22,166 bases of DNA from a virus: the IMG/VR virus record IMGVR_UViG_3300044971_003869. The stretch is one strand, 5' to 3'. Positions 8,193 through 16,442 of the stretch are shown in pieces. A model generated the notes under the pieces. The model was not told the DNA's origin and did not search any database. It saw only the letters and a list, made by a program, of their open reading frames with translations. The first letter of the stretch is position 1, and each line of letters opens with the position of its first letter. The position numbers and the translations under genes are program-made.

Positions 8193-8200
8193 AATTCTCC

Positions 8201-9575
8201 TTATGGACCATAATACTTAAATATTATAGCACCGCTATTTCCATTAGCGCCACCAGGAAATAGTAATGAATTAGGGTCTCCACCATTTCCTCCTTTACCG
8301 TGCATGTCTGATGCATGCGAAGTTCCTTGTCCACTAGATCCTGATCCGGAACCGCCGCCTCCACCAGTTAAGCCATTAGTGGTTGTTGATGCTCCAGCGT
8401 TTCCGCCAACGTAAGTTCCTCCAGTGCCAGTATGACTAGCGCCTGCTCCAGCTGTTCCAGCTCCACCACCACCAGCATATATTGCAGATTTACCACTTAA
8501 ATCATATCTACCCTGTCCTCCAGCGTTTCCATTAGCTGAACCACCATCATTATCTCTTGTACCAGTAGATGGGGAAGATGAAATTGCACCTTCGCCTCCT
8601 ACAGCAGAAATTGTTGTATTAGTTCCGGTTATAGAAGTTGTTCCTCCAGTGCCACCTCTGGTTACAGGACTAGAATCAAGAGTAAACCCTGCTGCACCTC
8701 CGCCTCCTATTGTCCAACTTACGATCCTTGATCCGTCTGTTACTAAAGCACTTGCATGCGAGTTAAGAGTTCCACCACCGCCACCTCCAGCCCAGCCTGC
8801 ACCGCCTCCGCCACCAACTACAGCAATTTGGTAAATATAAACTGGTTGGGCAGATCCTCCAGTTGGGGTGACTGTGTCTATAGTGCGTGAACCATTTGTG
8901 TTGCTTGGCCCCTGTGTTTTTAGTGTCCAAGGAGTAAATGATGTTGAAGAAGAATAAACTGTACCTGCTGCATTAACTGCTTTAGCTCTTACATAATATG
9001 GTTGACCGTCTGATAAGAATCCAGTTGCATTAAAATATGCTGAAGCGCTGTTTGTTGTTACTGGAGAGCCGACTGCAGTCCCTGCTTTAGAGGTAGTCGC
9101 ATCCCATGAGGAGTTATCTCTACTCCATTCAAATGTGACAGTAGTGCTTGCTCCACCCCAAGAAACAGTTGCATTATAAGTTGCGAGTTCTTGGTTGTAA
9201 TTTGTAACGGAATTAATTGTAACTGTTGCAGTTGTTCTCGGTGTAGTATTCGTTGACAATGTTGCAGATGCGGCACCGCCGCCAAGAGTATTGACAGCTC
9301 TTAGCTGAACGTTGTATGCGGTTCCATTTGTTAATCCAGGAATTGTAATAGGACTAGTTGAATCTGCTGGACTTAATGCCGTCCATGTAGAGCCACTATT
9401 TAAGGAATATTCATAATTAGTTATTTCTAGTCCACCGATTAAATGCAGGTGCAGTAAAAGAAATTACCAACTGACCATTTCCTGGAGTAGAAGACAAAGA
9501 TGTTGGAGCGTCGGGAGTAGTTCCACCACCAAAATATCCTCTAGCTGCTTGTCCTCTTCCTGCTAAAAATGGCAT
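8201..9575 (-). pseudogene. tail adhesin gene (N-terminal region, Fn3-like domains, polyglycine domain) interrupted by a one-base frameshift near 9437
   Basis: 9417..9575 encodes MPFLAGRGQAARGYFGGG...FTAPAFN then goes out of frame; skipping one base restores GGLEITNYEYSLNSGS...PGLTNGTAYNVQLRAVNTLGGG, in frame with ORF 8201..9259. Could be a sequence error. Confidence 0.75.
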
Positions 9576-9582
9576 AAGTTAC

Positions 9583-12249
9583 CTACGCAAACTTAGATTG
9601 ACTTGCATAAACCGTATAGGTTGCTGATCCGGTTTTAATAATTGTAATAGTATAAACATCTGTTGCACTAGCGTTTCCAGACGGAGTAGAGCCGCCAAAC
9701 CATTTGATTGTTTGGGATGTTCCATCTATATTAATTCCGCTTAAAGATCTTGCTGTTGTATTGGCTATAAATAAAACGGTTGTTATAGATTGATTTGTGG
9801 ACATTAGTGAATTCAAAGATGTTGAACTATTGCCTCTAAAATTAAATGTAAAATCACCAGTAGATGTATATGTATAGATAGCAGAAGTTAAAAGATCTAT
9901 ATTAGTTGTACCTGTTAAGTTGCCGCCTGCGGTTGTTTTTTCTAAAGACTGCTGAAGTGAAGTTGTTCCAGTTAAACTTATGCCAGCAAATGTTGGAGAA
10001 TCACTAGTGGCAACAGCTTGACCTATGGCAACCTGGGCAGAAGATCCTTCTCCTGGAGTGTGCGTAACACTAACTCCTGTTCCAGCGGTTACATCGGATA
10101 AATAATTGCCAACCGTATCAGTGCCAAGATTGATTGGATCATTTACCCAAGCAGAACCATCCCATTTTAAGTAGTCTCCAGATGATGGAGATGGAACAGT
10201 TGTGTCACTTAATTCATCTAAACTAATTGCGTCATTAACCCAAGCCGTACCATTCCATTTAAGGTAATCCCCAGAAGATGGGCTCGGCGCAGTAACATCT
10301 CCAATATTATCTAACCCTGCAACTGTTGCACTAAATGTTTTATTAATCCATTTAGATGTAGCTACATCCCAGGCTAATACTTGATCAGAAGATGGTGCTG
10401 GTGCAACGACATCTGTTAAGTCATCAACAGCAGCAACGACCGTTGCTACACCTGGTATATATTTATTTAAAGATGAACTATACTTAAGAACATTTGTGTC
10501 TGCTGGACTTGTTGTGTCTATTTCTATACCGCCAACTGTAATCTTAGGTATAGTTGCCATCCCAGTAAATGTAGGCGTTGCACTGTTAGCTTTTAGGTCT
10601 AATGCAGCAAGAGGTGCGTAAGCAACAGAATCAAGTGATCCATCTCCCTTTACGAATTGACCAGAGGTTCCACCCTGAGTTATGAACTTCTCTGCGTTTA
10701 TGTACTGGAAGTAGTCAATAGAATTAGCGGTACCGCCAGTTCCTGATGTAGCAGCCAAAGTTGAGGAAAGCTTGTCATAAACACAGTTAAGGATTGAATA
10801 AAAACCGTTTAGTACAACTGGTGCAACATTATTAAGTGCTGAAGTTAAAAATTGACAGTTGGCTAAAGTTATAACGCTTGAGGCTGCGGATGTGACGGCA
10901 TTAGTCACAGCAGCGGGAATAATCGAATCCACAAGAGATAAAGTTCCAGCAGTTAACACTGGAGCAACAGCGACAGCACTCTTAACAATTACATTGGCAC
11001 TAGCATTATTGACTGTTACAAAGTTAGGGTTACCTCCAAAAATTGCAAACAAACCTGCACCAGTAATACTCACAGCGCCAAAATCACACAAACGAGCAAC
11101 CGTGTAATCGGCGTTACTGCTCTTTGTAAAAGTGCCAGAAACCTCGCAGTTGAGTATGTTTACATTTCCCTGAGCAGTGGGCGTACTGACCGTCAGGTTT
11201 GTCATTTTTATGCCCGAGATAGTGCAACCAGTGTTTGTACTTACCGTCCCTGAAATAACTATGTTTCCACCAATAAGACCGGGTCCAGTCAAGGTCGTAT
11301 ATTGAGTGGTTATTGACGGGCTTTCCGTGTATGTACCTGGATGAATGATAACTGTTTTGCGTTGTGAAGTCACTAAAGTAAGGGCTTTAGTAATAGATGC
11401 AACAGGGGTTAGTAAATCACCATTACCAGTAGTGTCATTTCCATCTACTTGGCTAACATGGATTTCATAGTCGTAACCAGTAAAGGTTGGTTGCTTGGAG
11501 TCTAACTGTGCTTGAACCCCCGAAGTAACCCCATCAAGATATCCAATTTCAGTATCTGAAACATTTCCAATAGAGGTTGTTGAAGGAAGAGTGGTCGTTC
11601 CGGTAAATGTTGGACCAGAAGTTGGGGCTTTAGAATTAATTTGTGTCTGTATTGCTGAAGTAACTCCATTTAAATATCCAATTTCAGTATCGGATATATC
11701 TGCTACACGAGTTTGAACTATTGAAGTATCGATTGAGATGTTAGGTGTTGCACCTTCCCCAGAGTTATTGGATATAGTTACGCCAGTTCCAGCTACTAAA
11801 TTCTTAGTATAGTCACCGATAGTATGTAGGCCAAGGGTTACAGAATTTTCTATGATAGAACTTAAATCTAGATAAGTACTTCCATCATTTGTGAACTGCC
11901 ATTTATCTGTCGACTCATTCCATCTAATGGATACGTTTGTAGAAGTACCTCTCTCAACTTCAAGTCCAGCATTCTCTGTTGGGACACCTGTAACATTGCT
12001 ATTTAATATTAAAATATTATCAGCAACTGTTACCGTTTCAACATTAACTGAAACTGTTGTACCAGATACTGTTAAATTACCTGTGATAGTTACGTCATCG
12101 TCAGTGCTTACGGCTGACATATCGTCTCTCAACCAGGACCAAGTAGTGGCGACTAAATTTTCATTATCGTCTTTGTAATAAACTATTCCATTAATTGGAT
12201 CGAGGGCTATCTGCCCTTTGTTAATACTAGGAGGGACGGGTAAAGACAT
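9583..12249 (-). CDS. tail fibre protein, 888 aa, with internal repeats and a beta-helix-like segment
   Basis: Repeated SDTEIGYLxGVTSxxQxQ, three DLxDVxxPxPSS...LxW...W motifs, and a DGNDTTGNGDLLTPVASITKAL...VIIHPGTYTE segment typical of right-handed parallel beta-helix proteins. Confidence 0.88.
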   Translation of the reverse strand: MSLPVPPSINKGQIALDPINGIVYYKDDNENLVATTWSWLRDDMSAVSTDDDVTITGNLTVSGTTVSVNVETVTVADNILILNSNVTGVPTENAGLEVERGTSTNVSIRWNESTDKWQFTNDGSTYLDLSSIIENSVTLGLHTIGDYTKNLVAGTGVTISNNSGEGATPNISIDTSIVQTRVADISDTEIGYLNGVTSAIQTQINSKAPTSGPTFTGTTTLPSTTSIGNVSDTEIGYLDGVTSGVQAQLDSKQPTFTGYDYEIHVSQVDGNDTTGNGDLLTPVASITKALTLVTSQRKTVIIHPGTYTESPSITTQYTTLTGPGLIGGNIVISGTVSTNTGCTISGIKMTNLTVSTPTAQGNVNILNCEVSGTFTKSSNADYTVARLCDFGAVSITGAGLFAIFGGNPNFVTVNNASANVIVKSAVAVAPVLTAGTLSLVDSIIPAAVTNAVTSAASSVITLANCQFLTSALNNVAPVVLNGFYSILNCVYDKLSSTLAATSGTGGTANSIDYFQYINAEKFITQGGTSGQFVKGDGSLDSVAYAPLAALDLKANSATPTFTGMATIPKITVGGIEIDTTSPADTNVLKYSSSLNKYIPGVATVVAAVDDLTDVVAPAPSSDQVLAWDVATSKWINKTFSATVAGLDNIGDVTAPSPSSGDYLKWNGTAWVNDAISLDELSDTTVPSPSSGDYLKWDGSAWVNDPINLGTDTVGNYLSDVTAGTGVSVTHTPGEGSSAQVAIGQAVATSDSPTFAGISLTGTTSLQQSLEKTTAGGNLTGTTNIDLLTSAIYTYTSTGDFTFNFRGNSSTSLNSLMSTNQSITTVLFIANTTARSLSGINIDGTSQTIKWFGGSTPSGNASATDVYTITIIKTGSATYTVYASQSKFA

Positions 12250-12258
12250 TTAAAATCC

Positions 12259-12504
12259 TTATTCTGTTTTAGCTTTTTTATCAACCTTATTAAAAACTTG
12301 ATTAATTTCAGCTACAGAAAGTTTTCCATCATCTAAAAATGCTCTAGAAAGACCTTCTATTACAGTAGCCACACCAGCCATTCCTGCCATAAAGCAAGCT
12401 TTCCATAAAGGAACACCTGCTATAGCTCCAGCACCAATGACGCTAAGCCCTGATGCTGCAAATGTGGCTACTATTCTTAAAATTATATTGTTTAAAGTTT
12501 TCAA
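12259..12504 (-). CDS. holin-like small membrane protein, 81 aa, TTG start
   Basis: Two hydrophobic stretches, C-terminal charged tail, in a lysis context; strong SD GGAGGG before TTG. Confidence 0.6.
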   Translation of the reverse strand: MKTLNNIILRIVATFAASGLSVIGAGAIAGVPLWKACFMAGMAGVATVIEGLSRAFLDDGKLSVAEINQVFNKVDKKAKTE

Positions 12505-12534
12505 CTTACCCTCCTATAGTAATGATTAATTCTA

Positions 12535-12732
12535 TTAATCCTCATCGTTCTTGATCATTGCGTGAATATAATGCACTGCAAATGCACAACCTGTAGCTAT
12601 GATGGTGATTTTTCTAGTTTCTCCAGAGAGGGTTGCGAACACTACGACGCTACTTGAAATCGTAAAAGCCAGTGCTGAAGTCTCTCTTGAGAATTTCTTG
12701 ATAAAGCCCCAAGGACTAAATCTTCTTTTCAT
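12535..12732 (-). CDS. possible separate or alternative product: 65-aa membrane protein from an in-frame internal start
   Basis: GAGGAGGAAACAATG immediately precedes MKRRFSPWGFIKKFSRETSALAFTISSSVVVFATL...; ideal SD spacing inside the larger ORF. Confidence 0.5.
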   Translation of the reverse strand: MKRRFSPWGFIKKFSRETSALAFTISSSVVVFATLSGETRKITIIATGCAFAVHYIHAMIKNDED

Positions 12733-14958
12733 TGTTTCCTCCTCGTATTTAAATATACTGTTTCTTGTGAAGTTATTATCTTCTTGATCTTCTGGACCCT
12801 CTATCTCAGCGTCCTCTTCTTCGCCGTCTGGATTCTCATTTTCCTTGCGACCATTCCTATTGCCTCCGTCTCCAGGTCCTCCTCCAGAACCGCCACCAGA
12901 GCCTCCAGAACCACCATCAGAGCCTCGAGAACTGCCACCAGAACCACCAGAGCCCCCTCCAGAACCTCCTGAGCCTCCTCCAGATCCAACTGCACCAGCA
13001 GTTGCAGCTGTAAGGACTGCAGTGGCAGCTAGTAGAGTTCTACGAGACTGTACGTCTACATTGGATCCCACTGGCACGTAGTCGTCAAGACCCTCTCCAT
13101 AAACGTCAATAGTTTCCTCAAAGGCATTCTTTACTTCTTCTGGGGCATTCGTCACTGCTTCAACAAGAGCTGCTTCTTCTTCAGTTGAAAGTTCGCCCAC
13201 AGGAATTTCAGCAAAGATTTCCGACGCCTGGTCACCATCAATGCTCTCTAAGACCTTTTCACTAGTGGCAAGTTCTGTAGCCTGATCTTCAGTAACACCA
13301 TTTTCTAAGATATTATCAACAGCATCAGCAACCTGATCTTCACTAATATTGTCTGATTCCAATATGTCTACGACTTCAGCAAACTGCTCATCGCTAAGGG
13401 GAGAGTCCAAAACTGCATCGATTACCTCAGCAAATTTTTCGTCGGACAATGGCTCAGCAAACACTGCACCCAAAGCTGCACTTAGTTCTGCAGTTGAAAG
13501 ATCATCGGCAAACACGGAGTCAACAACAGCAGCAAACTCTTCACTGTTCATAGGTCCATCAAAAAGAGATGTAACTAGTGCTGCGATTTCTTCTGGCGAG
13601 TCGGCATTACCTATAGCGTCTGTTACTGCTGCACCAAGTTCATCTGCGTTGTCTGTATTTTTAAAGATATCAGTAACTGTTTCATCAGCTGTATTTTGCG
13701 TCTCTTCTGGAATGCTTACTTCTGGAATTGTTTCATTTGGTAAATCTTCTGGCTCTGGAATTGCTACTGGAGTTGTATCTATTTCTGGAGTAGAAACTGG
13801 GGTTGGATCTAGTTCTGGAATTGAAACAGTAGTATTTTCTGTTGGAATAGTTTCGACAGGAGGGGGGACAACCGCTGGTTCGGTAGTTGTTGTCGTGCCT
13901 GTTGTTACTTCTGGAACTGTTGTGGTCGTTGTAGTTGTGCTGGTTGTAGTCGTTGTGGTTGTAGTGGTTGTTGTCGGTGGTGGTTCTGTTGTCGTGGTTG
14001 TGGTCGAAGGAGGTGGCTCTGTTGTTGTAGTCGGAGGAAGAGTTGGGGCTGTCTCGTTATTGGGCTCAACGCCACCAAATGTTTCACATGAGCCACCAGC
14101 CTGATTGCACGAGAGTGTTGTGCCAAGTTCACTGTCAATCATTAAGACTGGTGAAAGTGCAGTATCATCGAGGTTGAATACTGTGAAGCCAAGCTTATAA
14201 GTTCCGGTAACTGAGACTTCGTATGTTGACATTTGCCAACCAGTTGAGCCGTACGAGTTAGTTGAGTAGTCGCCAGTTCCCGGGTTAGAAAAACCAAGAA
14301 GAGCATAAGACTCCTCAAAGTTATTAACCGTAATCACTGGAGTCGATGCAACGGTGACAGGAACAAGCGAAGTTATAGATCCGTCATTGAATGGCACATA
14401 GTCAGTTGCCATATAGTTCCAAGCCATTGTATAAGTAATGCCAGCAGTGAGCTCCACTTCACGGGTAATCCATGCAGCATCAGTGGGGTTTCCTCCTCCA
14501 AATCCTGATGCCTGTGCCTGTGATGATAACATGCTTGTTATCTGTGATGTTTGGTTTCCAGAAAGTCCAAGTGCTACAGCAGCTTGAGTAAATGTTTGTT
14601 CACCCTTTGGTTGAAGCAGTGCTGCATATGTTGCGTTTTTTGGTGAAAAATTCCAAGTGCCTGCAGTGACCGCTGGTGCATAATACGGACTTGAAGGATT
14701 ACCCATCGCACTGCGTGCGCCGTGACTAAATAATCTAGAACCACTAAAGACAGTTACGCCAGTTCCGTTACCGTTGATTGACGGACCGAGTGTTCCAGTC
14801 TGTGAGCCTCTAGACCAACCAGTTAGTGTGCCATCTTCAAAGCCAGCATTGGGCATGGACACAGGAGTGCTGGTAGCCCTTGCCGCTATTGGGAAAACCC
14901 AAGCCATTAGAAATAGCAATACAAGGATCCAAGATCCATTACGTGGTTTTAATTTCAT
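12535..14958 (-). CDS. large secreted modular surface protein, 807 aa
   Basis: Signal peptide, jellyroll-like N-terminal domain (FEDGTLTGWSRG), Pro/Thr linker, short helical repeats, Gly/Ser linker, C-terminal TM region; SD GGAGGGG. Confidence 0.85.
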   Translation of the reverse strand: MKLKPRNGSWILVLLFLMAWVFPIAARATSTPVSMPNAGFEDGTLTGWSRGSQTGTLGPSINGNGTGVTVFSGSRLFSHGARSAMGNPSSPYYAPAVTAGTWNFSPKNATYAALLQPKGEQTFTQAAVALGLSGNQTSQITSMLSSQAQASGFGGGNPTDAAWITREVELTAGITYTMAWNYMATDYVPFNDGSITSLVPVTVASTPVITVNNFEESYALLGFSNPGTGDYSTNSYGSTGWQMSTYEVSVTGTYKLGFTVFNLDDTALSPVLMIDSELGTTLSCNQAGGSCETFGGVEPNNETAPTLPPTTTTEPPPSTTTTTTEPPPTTTTTTTTTTTSTTTTTTTVPEVTTGTTTTTEPAVVPPPVETIPTENTTVSIPELDPTPVSTPEIDTTPVAIPEPEDLPNETIPEVSIPEETQNTADETVTDIFKNTDNADELGAAVTDAIGNADSPEEIAALVTSLFDGPMNSEEFAAVVDSVFADDLSTAELSAALGAVFAEPLSDEKFAEVIDAVLDSPLSDEQFAEVVDILESDNISEDQVADAVDNILENGVTEDQATELATSEKVLESIDGDQASEIFAEIPVGELSTEEEAALVEAVTNAPEEVKNAFEETIDVYGEGLDDYVPVGSNVDVQSRRTLLAATAVLTAATAGAVGSGGGSGGSGGGSGGSGGSSRGSDGGSGGSGGGSGGGPGDGGNRNGRKENENPDGEEEDAEIEGPEDQEDNNFTRNSIFKYEEETMKRRFSPWGFIKKFSRETSALAFTISSSVVVFATLSGETRKITIIATGCAFAVHYIHAMIKNDED
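12859..12987 (-). repeat. low-complexity (GGS)n-encoding linker
   Basis: Encodes VGSGGGSGGSGGGSGGSGGSSRGSDGGSGGSGGGSGGGPGDGG. Confidence 0.9.
13872..14058 (-). repeat. low-complexity Thr/Pro-encoding repeat (ACN-rich)
   Basis: Encodes PPTTTTEPPPSTTTTTTEPPPTTTTTTTTTTTTSTTTTTTTVPEVTTG. Confidence 0.9.
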
Positions 14959-15019
14959 TACCCCTCCAGGTAGTCATACCTTATAGTAATGAAGCTAAGT
15001 TAAATGTGCGGCGGCCAAA

Positions 15020-15052
15020 TAGAAAAGACCCCAGCTGTTAAGCCAGGGTCTA
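15020..15052 (-). terminator. candidate rho-independent terminator for minus-strand transcripts
   Basis: Minus strand AGACCCTGGC-TTAACA-GCTGGGGTCT followed by TTTTCTA; about 10 bp stem including two G-T wobbles. Confidence 0.55.
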
Positions 15053-15095
15053 ATCATGTGCCTCCGTTGCAAGGACTTATATTATAACATATGAT

Positions 15096-15215
15096 TTAGT
15101 CAATTTCTACGTCTGGATCAGTTTTTTTTAGGCCATCTACAATAACGGCGATTAACGCTACCGGCATTGCAAACATACCCGCAATTATAATTGCAATAAT
15201 TATTCCTTTAATCAT
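15096..15215 (-). CDS. 39-aa single-pass membrane protein, missing from the ORF track
   Basis: AAGGA SD then ATG; MIKGIIIAIIIAGMFAMPVALIAVIVDGLKKTDPDVEID. Confidence 0.55.
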   Translation of the reverse strand: MIKGIIIAIIIAGMFAMPVALIAVIVDGLKKTDPDVEID

Positions 15216-15233
15216 TACGAAAATCCTTAATTA

Positions 15234-15857
15234 TTAAGAAAATATAGTAGGAATACTTATTAACACAATGATTCCAAGCAGCCAAAGTACAATTGAAAAA
15301 ATTACCAAGTAAGCAACAAGGTTTTTAATCTTCATGACTGCGGTTATACCCAGAAGAAACAAAGAAACAGCAAACAAACCTGTTAGCATTTGGAGTCGGT
15401 TACTTTTTTCACCATCAGTATTAGACAAATCAGTCCAGTACTTGCTGCTTTCAAACTGTTTGACATACGGCTCGTATAGCTCATCCATATAAGGTTTACA
15501 GTTTGGCAGTTGTCCTTTTGGATCTTTAAAAAAGCACGGCATTGCAAATGTGTATAACTCATAAGAGCCATTAGACGTTTTTATGTCACTGTAAATGTCG
15601 TCAAGACTAACGCCGTCTACAACTACACGGATTTGCTTGTCCTTCCATACGGTCAAATCATCTCTATATTTAACCTCTGATGTAATCCACATTCTGTCGG
15701 CCTCTGATAAACTTAACTGATACTCAGAGTTTGCGTCTCCAGACCTACCTCCGTATAGAGAAGACTGGATAGCTGTCCAAGCTGTAGTGGTTGACACCAA
15801 GCCGAGCATGATGACAATTAGTAGCTCGCTTGAAAACTTTTCTATTACCCTACGCAT
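15234..15857 (-). CDS. membrane protein, 207 aa
   Basis: N-terminal hydrophobic segment, soluble middle, two C-terminal TM segments; downstream of the M15 peptidase gene. Confidence 0.7.
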   Translation of the reverse strand: MRRVIEKFSSELLIVIMLGLVSTTTAWTAIQSSLYGGRSGDANSEYQLSLSEADRMWITSEVKYRDDLTVWKDKQIRVVVDGVSLDDIYSDIKTSNGSYELYTFAMPCFFKDPKGQLPNCKPYMDELYEPYVKQFESSKYWTDLSNTDGEKSNRLQMLTGLFAVSLFLLGITAVMKIKNLVAYLVIFSIVLWLLGIIVLISIPTIFS

Positions 15858-15860
15858 TTA

Positions 15861-16391
15861 TTATGCACCTGGCTTAGGCAAAGCCCTCCATGCAGCTTCC
15901 ATCTTTGCTGCATCCTTAGCAAACTCTGGCTCAAGTTCAATGTGAATCCACTTACCACCAAAAGAACCAGCATTATCTTTAGCGTCATATATTTTTACAC
16001 CCTTTTCGCCTTCACCTCTTGAGCAGCGGAATCCTCTACCATAACCAGGCTTTTTATCCGAAGCGTTTGCATCGTAAGCGTAGTCGTGAATCTCTACAAT
16101 GCCCAAAGCTTCAGCATTTGCGAGGAACCAATCCCACATTGCTACACCGATTTTGCGGTCTGTGTAACCAATGTCTGCTGCTGCACCAGTTGCGTGAACT
16201 GACAGCCACTTTTCCATTCCTGGATCGCCAATCTTTTTACCAGCGGTATGGGAATTTCTCATCAATCTAGGAGAGTAAATTCCCATGTTGCTAGTCTTCC
16301 ATCTACGAGCGCAAGCATTGACAAACCATTCTGTTCCAGCTCCTGCTTTTTTGCCATCAAATGATGGATAATATGGATATTTTCTTGGCAT
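15861..16391 (-). CDS. M15 (VanY/D-Ala-D-Ala carboxypeptidase)-like peptidase, endolysin candidate
   Basis: SVHATGAAADIGY (SxHxxGxAxD) and WIHIELE (HxE) zinc-ligand motifs; strong SD AAAAGGAGA. Confidence 0.8.
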   Translation of the reverse strand: MPRKYPYYPSFDGKKAGAGTEWFVNACARRWKTSNMGIYSPRLMRNSHTAGKKIGDPGMEKWLSVHATGAAADIGYTDRKIGVAMWDWFLANAEALGIVEIHDYAYDANASDKKPGYGRGFRCSRGEGEKGVKIYDAKDNAGSFGGKWIHIELEPEFAKDAAKMEAAWRALPKPGA

Positions 16392-16442
16392 TTTGATTCT
16401 CCTTTTAAATTTTAAAATATGTTATTATAGTAACGAATATTA

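Noticed and set aside
8649-8834. Pro-rich plus-strand ORF
   Set aside because: Antisense of the polyglycine adhesin domain.
9058-9285. 75-aa minus-strand ORF
   Set aside because: Alternative frame within the disrupted adhesin gene; the Fn3-like frame is clearly the coding one.
9417-9442. Programmed ribosomal frameshift as the default explanation for the adhesin split
   Set aside because: No clear slippery heptamer or known +1 signal (TTT AAT CGG) and no obvious stimulatory structure; sequence error or mutation is simpler. Kept only as an alternative.
10859-11107. 82-aa plus-strand ORF (also 11891..12178 +)
   Set aside because: Antisense to the 888-aa fibre gene, with no recognisable motifs or ribosome-binding site.
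12784-13081. Plus-strand ORFs rich in Pro/Arg/Thr and the minus-strand 64-aa ORF at 12801..12995
   Set aside because: Off-frame readings of the (GGS)n linker repeat; no SD and no independent support.
13905-14050. Possible CRISPR-like or tandem DNA repeat array
   Set aside because: Irregular ACN codon repeats encoding poly-Thr; no conserved direct repeats with unique spacers. No CRISPR array seen anywhere in the window.
13349-14104. 251-aa plus-strand ORF full of V and S runs
   Set aside because: Antisense shadow of the Thr/Pro and Glu/Ala-rich region of the 807-aa gene; low-complexity composition explains the lack of stops.
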